Source: the human T2T-CHM13v2.0 reference genome, Homo sapiens
Strand: one strand, 5' to 3'
Assembly (NCBI RefSeq): GCF_009914755.1
Contig: NC_060942.1
DNA length: 64,000 nt
Part shown: positions 1 through 11,170 of the stretch, piece after piece
Position numbering within the stretch: position 1 is the stretch's first letter
Layout of the letters: each line of letters opens with the position of its first letter
Translations under genes and position numbers: made by a program
The notes under the pieces: model-generated
Seen by the model: the letters and a program-made list of their open reading frames with translations, nothing else
The model's database searches: none
Told to the model about the DNA's origin: nothing

Positions 1-694
1 GGGCCATAGGGGTGGCCAAGGACAAATTCCCCCGACTTTACAATTTCCCTGTGAGTCTACAATTCTATTAAATAGGATAATGGATTTTAAAATGCCCCGA
101 AAAGCAGAGAGTGCTGTAAGATGGGCGGCATTATTGTTATTAACAACCGCATCCTTCTTAGAGCGTCCAGAGGAAATAAATCAGACAACACTAGCGACAG
201 GCAAGTCCCGTGGAAGCATTCATTGCCATGAAATAAACACATATATATTAGAAACCCCAAATTAAAGGGAAAGAGCACTTGGGGGTAAGCCATGCTTTTA
301 TTTTTTAGGGTCTTATTAAAACCCACAAATGCTGGGAAAGCCGGTCTGAGCTGATTGGCTCATGTGCAACCAGAGTGGGGCTTGCCCAGGCTCACAGAGG
401 AAGGAGTAGCTGTGGGGGTGCACTGCCCCACGAGTCAAAAGCAGGCCCTGGGGACGGCATGGATGGGGCAGCATGGGAGGGGGCAGGAAGGCCGGGCTGG
501 GCTCCAGCCAGCCAGCATCCCTGAGCATCTAATTTCATGGTATCAACCAGCCTTTTGTTCTCTGCAAGGCTGATACATCCCCTTCACCAGAAGGTCTCCC
601 AGGAGCTCCCACCCTCCCTGGTCTTCCTGTCTGTGTCTGACCATGCTGCTGGCTCTTCCTCACCTGGGGGCTTGCACTGCTTGTCCTGCTTAGG

Positions 695-910
695 CTAGGA
701 GATGAGCCTCCCTGCAGACCTTAGCAAGGTGTCTGGGGCCTCATCCAGTTGTTCACCTGCCTCCCCCGGGGCCTGGCCTAGGCAGGCACCTAGTGGGTGC
801 TGTGAAACACTTAGTTGAATGGAGGATTGGATGAGAGCAGGGATAAACAGTAAACTCCCTAAGGCAGAGGCTGTCTTCACTCTGTTTTTCCCCTTTGGCC
901 CTGGCGTGGG
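695..910 (+). mobile_element. L2 LINE 3'-end fragment(s), highly diverged
   Basis: ggcacctagtgggtgctgtgaaacacttagttgaatgga resembles the L2 3' terminus; agtaaactccctaaggcagaggctgtc resembles the L2 3'UTR. Confidence 0.5.
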
Positions 911-1128
911 TATGCTATTGAGGTGCTAGTGTGGAAGCTCAGGTGGGCTGCCATCCTAAAAGGGATTGGGAGTATTATTTTTTTCTCTCTTACCTCATTA
1001 AGCTTAGCTTCCAATTACGTGTTAATGATGCTGGCTGCCTTTTGTAGGCTGGAGTTTACTGCAGTGTCTTTAAATTTAATCACCTTCATAATGGCCAGCT
1101 CTGGCATCACAAATAAGAGGCCATAAGC

Positions 1129-1155
1129 AAAAAAAAAAAAAAAAAAAAAAAAAAA
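1129..1155 (+). repeat. Orphan poly(A) run (A27)
   Basis: 27 consecutive A with no Alu/L1 body upstream. Confidence 0.95.
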
Positions 1156-2113
1156 GGTACTATCCTTTGCTCCTGTATATGCCAGCAAGATCTGGGGTCC
1201 CATGGAAGCCAGAGAAATCCTTTGATATCTCCCTAGCCTAGAAAAATTCTAAGAAATTCTGAGAACTGTCTTTTGGGACCTCAAACTGGGCTCCCTCTGC
1301 TTCCTTGCTCACAAATGCACCAAGAGGAATAAAGGTCAGACTCAGGGCAGGACTTACTGCTTGTGCTGAAACATGAGCAGAGCTGCAGAGGTTCTCCTGA
1401 GAGTGCTTGAGAGATCTGGTGACACACTCCTGCTCTCCCTCCAGCTCCCCATTTTGTGTGCATGGAGCATGGTGTTGGAGAGAGGCAGAGGGGTGGATTA
1501 AACATCTGATATTCAGGGAACCTCAGTGAGGGAGGCCAAGATGCTTTCCTGCTCCGGGGTCCCTCACCCTTAGACCCACCCTTCCACTCAGAGGGTGGAT
1601 GGGTTTCAGGGACTCATGTGTTCAGGACCAGACCTTCTGTCCATGTTCTTCACTGAACCAGAGCCAGGCCCTTTCAGCTTGTGGCTGGTGCCTCCACTCT
1701 CCCGTCCAGTTGTCCTGTATTTGATTTGAACCCAAGGTTGAATTACTGGTGCCAGGCTGGCACTCCCAATGCTGTTGTGATTTCTCAGATGCAGAGAGAA
1801 GTTCACCTGCTCTCACCTCCCTCTTGGACCAGCTGCCATCCCTCCCACTTCTTGACAAGCACCACTCCCCCAACTCCCCACTTTATCTGTCACTGTCCCT
1901 CTGGGGAAACTTCCCCAGTGCTTATGTGGTGCTGAGTCTTCTCTCCTATGCCTCAGGTTGAAGGTCTATGTTCAAGCTCTCTCTCCCAACTACTCCTCCC
2001 AAACCCATTCTCATGTCTTTGCCCAATTGCCCACTCACGTCCTTCTCTGTACTCTGGCCTCTGGTACTCCTGCCACCCATCTACAAGTAAACCATCAGTC
2101 ATTCTTCCACCTA

Positions 2114-2812
2114 GCATCCATTATTAATCCAGCATCCATCCACCATTCATCATCCATCCATTCTCCATCCATCTATCCATTCTTCCATCCATTTATTTAT
2201 CCATCTATCCATCCATCCATTCATCCACCATTCATCCATCTATTCATTTCTTCATCCATTTATCCATCCATCCATCTATCCATCCATCCCGATTTAGTCA
2301 TCCATCCATCCATCCATCATCTAGTCTTCTATCCATTCCTCTATCCATTTATCCATCCAGTCATCCATCCATCCATCCATTCAACATCTCTCCTTCTATC
2401 CATTTCTCCATGAATCCATCCATCCATCCATCCATCCATCCATCCATCCATCCATCCATCATCTATCCTTCTATCCTTTCCTCCATCCATTTATCCATCC
2501 ATCCATCTATCAATCAATCCAGTATCCATCATTCATCCATCCATCCACCTATTCCTCCATTCATCCATGAATTCCTCTATCCATGCATCCATCATCTACC
2601 CACCATATATCCTTATGTATCCATTCATCAACCATCCACCATCCATCCATCTATCCATTCCTCTATCATCCATCATCTACCATCCATCCATCCATTCCTC
2701 TATGCATACATCCATCATCCCTCCATCTACCATCAGCCATCCACCATCATCCATCCATCCATCCATCCATCCATCCATCCATCCATCCATCCACCTACCA
2801 TTCATCCACTCA
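2114..2812. repeat. Degenerate (CCAT)n/(TCCA)n tetranucleotide satellite, ~700 bp
   Basis: Continuous ccatccatcc variants; source of the HPSI-repeat ORFs. Confidence 0.97.
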
Positions 2813-3000
2813 ACAATAAGTATCAAGGGCATGCTTGATGCCAGGCCGTACACTAGTACTGGAATAAGGTCTAGTCGTAGACTGCAGGAGGCCAGGTAGG
2901 AGTAAAGAATGTAAGCAATCTATTAGGCAATTATGTCACAAAATCAGACAAGGCTTCCTGTAGGAGGTACTCTCTAAGTTGGGCTCTAAAGGGCAATGGA
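2799..3000 (-). mobile_element. L2 fragment adjoining the CCAT satellite
   Basis: cattcatccactcaacaataagtatcaagggcatgcttgatgccaggc resembles the reverse-complement L2 3' end. Confidence 0.5.
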
Positions 3001-3729
3001 GGAGGCCCTCATGTTCTGTTTCTGCTTGACTTAGGCCCCCTGGCTCTGAGTTCTGAACTCCCAGAATGCTGATGCTTGTATCACATTATATGGGGGCTCT
3101 GGAAGGCAGGAAGCTCCTTGAGGTGGGAGCCTTGCAGGCACCCTAGGGTAGGGACTGAACACTCCTTCACATGAACATTCCTTTAGAATGGGAGATAGAG
3201 GAGGCAAAACCCCCATTTGAATGGGGTCTCTCTGATGGCAGGGATGGTTTTCTCTATTTGTCCTCATCTTTCCCACTACCCAGGCCAGGACTCGGATGCT
3301 GGAGTTTTTAGACTGTGATTGAAGGATGTCTTTAGCTGCTTTGCTGACTAAGGAGACCTCCATGCCTCACTGCTGCCCTCTGGGTCAAGGCTCAGATTCC
3401 TGTCAGCCCCAGCTCTCCCTCCGGCTTGGCCCACTACCTGCATCTATGAGAATTCCTAGCAAGTTCCTGTGCGGTCCCAGTCTCACCCTGAGTGCTTTAC
3501 CACTGGCAAGTCTTACTGAATATTTACTGATGGGCCCAGTGGAGCCAAGCAGGGAAGAAGACACAACCCAGGGATTGTAAAGGGGGCCTTCATGTGCTCT
3601 AGGCCTGGGAGGAGGAGCCTTGGACTGGGAAGGTGGCCTGAAAGTTGTAACTAGAGTTAAAGGCTCATTCTTTTTGTTAAACCTGGTGGTCCTTAAATTG
3701 ACCTGGTAGGGAAGTTAAAGCAAAAGTAA

Positions 3730-3955
3730 AAACAGCAAACATTTACTTAGAGCTTATCATGTGCTGGCACTGACTGTTCTAAGTGCTTGACTTCTGTTGA
3801 CAGAATTCCACTTCACTATGAGGCAGGGAATGTTACCATCCCATTTTACAGATGGAAAAGCTGAGGCACAGAGAGGATAGGCAGCTAGCCCAGGCCCACA
3901 GAGCTGGCATCAGCAGTCAGCATGTGCAGTTTGGCTCTTGAGCATGTTCTAACCA
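3730..3955 (-). mobile_element. MIR SINE
   Basis: Core cccattttacagatggaaaagctgaggcacagagagg, preceded by aacatttacttagagcttatcatgtgctggcact. Confidence 0.85.
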
Positions 3956-4656
3956 CTCTCCTTCTCTGCCTCTCTTAGCAGGAGCTCTTTCAGAGAATGG
4001 GAAACACAGGTCCAGAGAGGTTCAGACCTGCCCTCCTGACACACACACAGCAGGTCCATAACCAAACCAGGCTCTGTCTTAGGTACGATGATCCCAGACC
4101 AGGGGCTCCTCCCTCTTCACCATGTATCCTGGGCACTGGAGAATGCAGACCTGCTGGCCCACTGCTTCCAGAGCCCCTGTTTACCCCTTTCACCAGGCAA
4201 AGGTGGTGAATTCACACATGGGTGCATGTGTACACACATGCCTGAGTCATGCCTTTTCTATCCAGAACAAAACTAGCAAGCAGGCTGCCTTTTTCTCTAG
4301 AACACAAATGAACACAGAACTGAGAAGTAGGTCATGAAGGCCCTTAGGGTTTATTAATCCCTTCATTGATTCAACAAACGTAAAATATTTACAGTCCGTG
4401 TATTAAAACTCTTGTGCACTTTGCTCATAGAAAGCCCACTCTAGGGCTATTAACTGCCAGTTTACAAACAATGTTGACAAGCTGCTCACCTGCCCCCCTC
4501 CACAGAAATGTAAGCACCCTGACCCTGACCCTGGATAGAGTGTGGCCCACTCCTACTCCTGGGTGGCCTGGTCATTCCAGTTCCCATCGTTAGAGCTGAT
4601 TTGCCAGCTCTAACAATTTTATTATATACATAACAATATTATGTATGTAATAGTAC

Positions 4657-4815
4657 ATACATGTATGTATGTATGTATGTATGTATGTATTATTTTTTGT
4701 AGAGATAGGATCTCACTATGTTGTCCAGGCTAGTCTTCAACTCCTGGGCTCAAGCCATCCTCTGGCCTTGCAAAGTGCTGGAATTACTTATAGGCATGAG
4801 CCACTGTACCCAGCC
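4657..4815 (-). mobile_element. Alu monomer (FLAM/AluJ left-arm type) with (ATGT)n-expanded tail
   Basis: tgtagagataggatctcactatgttgtccaggctagtc...ctcctgggctcaagccatcc...caaagtgctggaatta...gagccactgtacccagcc; (ATGT)n at 4657-4690. Confidence 0.9.
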
Positions 4816-5319
4816 ACTGATTTAATCATACAGGCCAGGAGGCGCTGAGAAAGGCTGAGGCCTGGCAGACCAGGCAGAGCAGCGGCCACTGGGGGAAGCA
4901 GGAGGCTCAGGAAGGTAGCAGGGAGACGTGGGTGGTGCTGCAGCAGGAAATGGCCCTGTCCCTGTCCTGGGCATCCTGACAGCGCCACCCTGCATGGAGA
5001 CAAACTGGGGGCAGGAGGAAAACTTGGTTTTATACTGAATAAGGAAACCGAGAGCTTGGGGTGCATTTTAGAAGGATGTTTCCTTCAAGCAGTTAAAATG
5101 AAAGTTTAAAAGTTTTGATGCTTGAAGGAGGCAATCCTCAGCCAGCTGAAAACTCTGTTATACATAATACTTAATTTCCAGATGGTTCATGTATAATACA
5201 GAAGTCTGTAATATGCAGCCCCAGGAATTTTTCCTCCCATGCCAAATGCCATGTGGCATCTGTAAACCACTCCTTTCTTTTCCAAGCACGTCCACATCTC
5301 GTTTGATTCCCATGATAGT

Positions 5320-5420
5320 CTTGTGAGGCAGGGAAGTCGGGTATTAACCCTATTTTACAGAAGAGGAAATAGAGACCCAAAGGGGTGCTGTGTCTTGTAC
5401 AAGTTACAACTGGGACCAGC
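5320..5420 (-). mobile_element. MIR fragment
   Basis: ccctattttacagaagaggaaatagagaccc MIR core. Confidence 0.7.
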
Positions 5421-5879
5421 CACAGGGCCAGGGCTCTGGTGGGCTAGTCCAGGGACCCTGCCAACTCCTGAGCTCCTCTCCTTGCTGGCTAGGAAGGCGG
5501 CAGACCCTCAGCGATTGGAAAAGCAGGAATTCTCCCTAAATCCACCATGTCTGCCCTGTGGGTTGTGGCGGTGAGGGGGTGGGGGGCGGTGCGTGGAGGC
5601 TGGTTCTTCCTCCTCCTTCCAGACACCCTGCTGCACTGACGGCTCCTCCACTGCTCCCCACGGTGCTGAGCTTGTCCTGCCTCCTGCATGGCTAATTGGG
5701 AGACTGGGCAGAGACGCTCAATGCGGGGGTGACAGAGAGATAGATACATGGATTGATTGATTGACGAGAGGAAGTCGTACAGGTTGGCTAGTGGGAGGGG
5801 GACAAATTTGGCTTCCCCAGGCTTGTTATCTCATTTATGGGGCTGGGGGAGGGGAGACACTCTGTCCTTCCTGAGCTGC

Positions 5880-5975
5880 TAAATGCTGTCACAAAAACAT
5901 TTATTAATATGCAAATTCTAAGTGGCAATCTGGACCCAGTCGGGTTGTGCTAATTTGCACATTAATATCTGTCTT
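5880..5975. promoter_or_regulatory. Candidate enhancer block with inverted POU/octamer sites
   Basis: TAATATGCAAAT at 5905-5916, inverted near-copy AATTTGCACATTAATA at 5952-5967, and TGTCA (TALE-type) at 5887. Confidence 0.5.
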
Positions 5976-6693
5976 CAGGCCGGCCTCCGCTCTAGGGAGG
6001 GAGGCAGAGGGACTGGGGATGAGGACAGGGGAGGGAGGACACATAGGTGGGGCAGGGTGTAGAGGGGCCCTGTTGGGGGCCTGTGGCTTGTCCAGACAGG
6101 GGCGGGCAGGGACTGAAGCCAGCCTGCAGCGGAGGAACTGGAAAGCACCGAGACTCAGCAGGTTCAGAATGTAATGTAGACACAGGCCTGGGACACTGGC
6201 CTGGAGGTCCCCTGGGCCATGTTGGGAGCCTTGCCAGGAAAGGGACTCTGCAGAAGCCTTAGCCTATGGAGGGTGGTGGTGTCAGGAAGCAGAGCAAAGT
6301 GAAGGTGGTAGGAGAAATAAATGGGGAACATCACGGGTCACTTCAGCTGGCCAGAGTGGCTACTGTCATCCCACTTGCCATCATGAGCTCCTTTACTCAT
6401 GAGCAGAATGGCTAAGGAGCCCCTCCTGCTTTATCTGCTCCTTCTTGGACCAGGACCCATTCTTCACACAGGTCACCCAGTGAGGTGGCCAGTCCTGCCT
6501 GTCCCAGAGCCACCTGCCCTCCTCAGTGGACTCATATCCCTCATTAAACTTACTAATGAGTACGGAACCATACGTCTCTGATTTGCTGGGTCAGTCCTCA
6601 TTCCAAGCCTTTTCTCCCTTTGTCCTCATAAATACACACTTATATTTGTCAGGCTGTGTGTCTGATTTTTTTGTTAAGGAAATGTGATCACTA

Positions 6694-7022
6694 GGCTGGG
6701 CGTGGTGGCTCACGCCTGTAATCCCAGCACTTTGGGAGGCTGAGGCGGGTGGATCACTTGAGGTCAGGAGTTCGAGACCAGCCTGGCCAACATGGTGAAA
6801 CCCTATCTCTACCAAAAATATAAAAAATTAGCCGGGTGTGGTGGCATGTGCCTGTAATCCCAGCTACTCCGGAGGCTGAAGCAGGAGAATCTCGAATCGC
6901 TTGAACTCGGGAGGCGGAGGTTGCAGTGAGTGGAGATCAAACTGCTGCACTATAGCCTGGGCAACAGTGCAAGACTCCATCTCAAAAAAAAAAAAAAAAA
7001 AAAGAAAGAAAGAAAAGAAAGA
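6694..7022 (+). mobile_element. Full-length AluS (Sx/Sz-like) with A/AAAG tail and TSD
   Basis: ggctgggcgtggtggctcacgcctgtaatcccagc...gaggtcaggagttcgagaccagcctggccaacatgg...actccatctcaaaa; TSD aaatgtgatcac at 6680-6691 and 7023-7034; ~7-bp internal duplication gaatctc at ~6887. Confidence 0.98.
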
Positions 7023-7640
7023 AAATGTGATCACCTCTAACTAGATTAATGCCGTGGTGGTGGCAATGATAGGCATGTCAAGGGAAGTAGGGGTTGCTAC
7101 TGGCTGTAGTTTCTCCCCATCTTAGCTTGTCCATGCCACCTGGTTAATCAATTAGTCAGTAGTCAATTAGGCCAGTAGTTAACTGAGCCAATGTCTCCCC
7201 TCCCCTCCACCTCCCCCAGCCCACAACACCCTCTTGCCTACTGGCTTTATTCTAACCTGATTCATTCTGCAAACCCTGCCTTGGGCATGGAGCCAGCCCT
7301 CCCTGACCTCCTGTCCAGAATGCTTTTTCTATGATATTGTGCCACACACCTACAGTTTTGTTTCTCTAGTGGTTTCAAGTGCGAATCCTGTTTTCCCATC
7401 TACATGGGAGCTCTCTGCTCCACAGTACCTGGCAGAGACCCCACATGTGGACTATTTTCAATATGTATTTATTGATTTTCCAAAGTACTTTCATCAGTTA
7501 ACACATTTTACCTTCATATAAGTCTGTGAAATGACAAGGCTGTTATTTTCAGATACTACACTCATAGTGCTCAAGTGTGACATTTATTGAAACTTCAAAA
7601 GTTTAGATTTAAGAATTAATTTAATCCAAATAAACTAAAC

Positions 7641-7674
7641 TTGCAATTCTAAATATGGCCACCAGGTGGTGGAA
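7641..7674 (+). promoter_or_regulatory. CTCF binding site (core plus upstream motif)
   Basis: TTGCAATTCT-aaata-TGGCCACCAGGTGGTGG matches the upstream TGCA(G/A)T element followed by the CCACCAGRKGG core. Confidence 0.65.
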
Positions 7675-7719
7675 TCTACCTTGGTATATTCTTTTTGCTT
7701 TGGGCATATTACCTGGAGA

Positions 7720-8190
7720 TGATGAATGAATGTATTGATTTTTCTCACTCTTCTGCCACCTTAATTTGCCTACTCTTATATTCCAGGCACATACCCCGCT
7801 GTCCCCCTAAAGAATGTCTGCTCTGTGGACCTGCAGATGTACAAAGAGGATGACAATTATTATGTGATGTGTTGAAATAAACAGTGTTCTGGAAGCTTAG
7901 AGAAAGGAATAATTAACTCAATGAAGAGGAAGCCTTTACAGAGGTGGCAACATCAGAATGAGGTAAGTAAGGAGGAAATAAGGTGAGAGTGGTGGCTTAC
8001 AGTGGTAGGAGGCTGAGCGAGGATACCTTGCGGTCGTGGGGAGAGACGGGAAGGCAGTGCTGTGTGGAGAGGCCAGCTTGAGGGAGAACCAGCTTGAGGG
8101 AGAACCAGCTGATGGGAATGAGGAGAGTGAGGCGGAGAGCCGTACTGACTCAAAGACTGTCTAGATGATGGTGCCATTAACTGAGAGTGA
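7720..8190 (-). mobile_element. L2 fragment(s), diverged
   Basis: tgcctactcttatattccaggcac..., ctttacagaggtggcaacat and gatggtgccattaactgaga are L2-like segments. Confidence 0.45.
8073..8110. repeat. 16-bp tandem duplication (ccagcttgagggagaa x2.4)
   Basis: Direct read of the sequence. Confidence 0.9.
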
Positions 8191-9972
8191 GAACACACGC
8201 TTCCCCACTAATTATCCTTAGAAAAAGTCAAAATAGAACTTTTGATTGAATTAAATTAACTTGAACATGGTGCCATTAAACGAGATTGGAAAGTCTTCTA
8301 AAACAAGCCTATAAAGAAAAAACACCTAGGTACAATTCAGTCCCTTTCTCAATAATCTTTAACTGTTATGGTCCTAAATAGTCTCTCTTTTCCTAAATAG
8401 TTTCCTCTCTAGGGTTTCAAAGAAGAAGCCCTTGACTGCATGTTCACCTCTTCACTTTGTTCTCATACCTCAGGGTATGTACAGAGTGGGGCTCTGTGAA
8501 TTCTCTTAGCATTAAAAAGGTGTTATTGTCTTCTGTAGGACAAGTTTGTACTCTCTCTCAGTGACCTGAAGAAGAAGCCACTGGCAGGCAGAAATGATGG
8601 ACTGTGCCTCTCACTGGTCCTGGGGCTCTCTTGGCGATAGAGAGACGGCACGCACGGGGCTGAGCCTGCTGCGCTGTGGAGGCGGCTCCCCAGCCCCGGC
8701 TGGCCTCAGTGGAGGATGTGGGGCTTTTGCTTTGATCCTTGCCCATGGTACAGATTCTAGCAGTAAGAAGAGACAGATGGCCCCCAAGTTCCCCTGGTTC
8801 CTTGTCCTGGGCATTACTTTGTGCTGCCCCTTCCTCCCTGCCTTTTCCCGGCAACCAGGGCCATCCCGAGTGGGGGGCTGGGCCAACTGAACCCCATGGT
8901 GAAGCTGAACCCATGCCTCTGGGCCAGGCCTTGCTCCCTCCCCAAACCAGCAGAGCGGCAAGGGGCCCTCACAACCTGCCCTGGGACCCTGGCTGGCTTC
9001 TGCCTTGGTGGGATGAGGCCTGGATACCCAGAACCACACGCAGCCAACTGCTTCCTTGACCTCCAGCGCCCCTCTTCTCACGGGAGGCTGTTGTTCAATC
9101 CTGGAGATTCAGGATCCAGGGCCCACCTCGTGCTGGGCCCAGCTGAGTCCGGCTTGCCAGTCTCCACCCCGAGAGGACTGAATTCAGTTGCTTCTTCCAA
9201 CTCCTTTGGACAAACCCAGAGTCTCGATGTAAAGTTGAGGACTCTGGTCTGGGGCTTTTTCTGGCCTCAGGAGGCTGGTGGAAGAGTCCAGGGCTGGCTG
9301 AAGCTGCAGGTTTTTCCTTGTACCCTAGCAGCCCTTCTGCGGGTGGGACTTTGTTTTGCAGCATCCTGAGCAGATCTTCATGTCCTGCTTTCCAGTCTGA
9401 CCCTTTGCTCCTTCCAGCTGTAATCCCAGTAGATCTTGGTGCTGGCCCACAGCATCCCCAATCCTGGCGAAGGAGCCAAGGGCAGGGAGCCCCCTGCACT
9501 CTCTCATCAGAACAGAGGAAAGTAGGGCCTCATCTCACCTGGCCTGGGGCTGGGGGAAGCCAGCTTTCTCCCTAGTATTCATCCAGACCCTCCTCCTTCC
9601 CACCAGCTGATGAGGTTCTGTGGCCCTCTGTGGCCTTTATTGTCATTGTCCCTGCTTTAATGCCACACTCGGTGGAAGGCAGGAGTTGGGGGAGGGGGGA
9701 GGGTACTGTACAGCGCAGTGTGATTTGGGTAAATCCTTTGGGGCAGGTTTCATTGAGGGGAGAGAGGAGGGATCACCTGAGGTGTGAGAGGGGCTTCTCT
9801 AAAGGGAAAAAGAAAGGTGAGGCTGAGGTCTTCAATGCCAAGCTCAGCACATCTGTCAGGCTTGGTCCTAATGGTGCCAGAAGTCATGCACCATTGCGTG
9901 AAGAGATGGGGTAGGGAATACTGTCCCTTCTCCCCAAACAGGCCACCTGTGGCCTCTGACTGCACTCTGACG

Positions 9973-10138
9973 CTTCCTCCTTTCCCAGCTCCTCCTCTGT
10001 CTCCCTCTGCCCTTTGCTTCTCCTCTTCCCTCCCTTCCCTCCTCCTTCTCCTCCTTTCCCCCCTCCTTCTCTCTCCTTCTTCTCTGTCTTCCTCCTCCAG
10101 TCTCTCCCATCCTCCTCCTCTTCCTCCTCTCCCTCCCC
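9973..10138. repeat. Polypyrimidine (CT-rich) low-complexity tract
   Basis: ~165 bp almost entirely C/T on the + strand. Confidence 0.9.
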
Positions 10139-10999
10139 AAGGCCAGTGGTGCCCTGGCCCTGGTTAAACCTGGTGTCATGCCCTCTCTAGCTTTCCTGTT
10201 GCATTTCTCGGTTACTAATGAGCTCAAGACAGCAGCAAACACCCTTCTAGGTCTGCTGCTGTCATTCATTAGCATAATGGGCCATACGAGAAGTAGTTAT
10301 TGCAATAAGTGCGGTGGGGAGGGAGAAGCCAAAAAGTCCAACTTACATGGGAGTAGGGGGCCTCCCAGAGCCTCCACAGAACATGCTGAGGATGCCTCCC
10401 GAGCATGCCCTTCCAGTCTAAGCCCTGACACCCTCTGCTTCTGCCTGGAGCACCTCAGCCCTTGTCACCCTGGACCCTCTTGTCCAGGAGACCTTTTGCA
10501 GTGCCCTGAAGGGTGACCTGGGCCATGTCATCCATCGGTTAGTTACCAGGGACTTCCTGGGTGCTCCTGTGCACCTCTTGATGGCTCTTTCTGAGGCTTC
10601 CAGTGAAGGCTCTCGGAGGCACCACCCAGCACCTCATGAACAGACTGGGGTCCTGCCCTGGTGAAACAGGGTGGGAGTTAGCCCCCACCCCAAGTTCCTG
10701 ATGGTTGGCTTAAAGTGAGAAGAAACACAGAGGAAATGAGGGGTCACTATGGTTGAGAGTTGGAGATGCACCTGAAACATGGAGCAGGCACCAGAGGCTG
10801 CTCTCAGGCTGTCGCTGTCTTGCTCAGATGTGACGAGATGGGGACCAGGTGGGGCATGGTGAGACATTCAAATTACTGATACCAATCTCCTTCAAGCAGC
10901 CCAGCCCTTCCCTGGGCCTCCCTAGATCAGATCAGAGTCCACACCCACAGGGCAGCCAGTCGGGCTGCCAAGCACTGCAGGCCACCGGAATGTAGGGCT

Positions 11000-11170
11000 C
11001 CTAAAATTTATGGCTAGACTTTATGACAATGGAAATATTTTTTTAATTGAGCCTTGCACCACCATTACACTGCTAATTTAATTATTCCCTATATTTCATC
11101 CATCACCATCTGATCTTCAGGAAGCAAATAGCTTGTCTTCTTGACAAGAAAGCACCAAATTGATTAAAAT
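11000..11170. promoter_or_regulatory. AT-rich homeodomain/SOX motif cluster (CNE-like)
   Basis: TTTATGG, TTTATGAC, ACAATGG, TTAATTG, TAATTTAATTA (11074-11084) and AATTGATTA within 170 bp in a GC-rich surround. Confidence 0.45.

Noticed and set aside
1958-2899. ORFs of 78-151 aa with HPSI repeats
   Set aside because: Translations of the (CCAT)n satellite.
4234-4254. p53/p63-like pair ACACATGCCT-g-AGTCATGCCT overlapping AP-1 TGAGTCA
   Set aside because: Mismatched half-sites and a 1-bp spacer; too weak to call from sequence alone.
4657-7022. Inverted Alu pair (monomer on -, AluS on +) as a dsRNA/editing substrate
   Set aside because: Short, diverged monomer ~1.9 kb away, no evidence of transcription, and a common arrangement.
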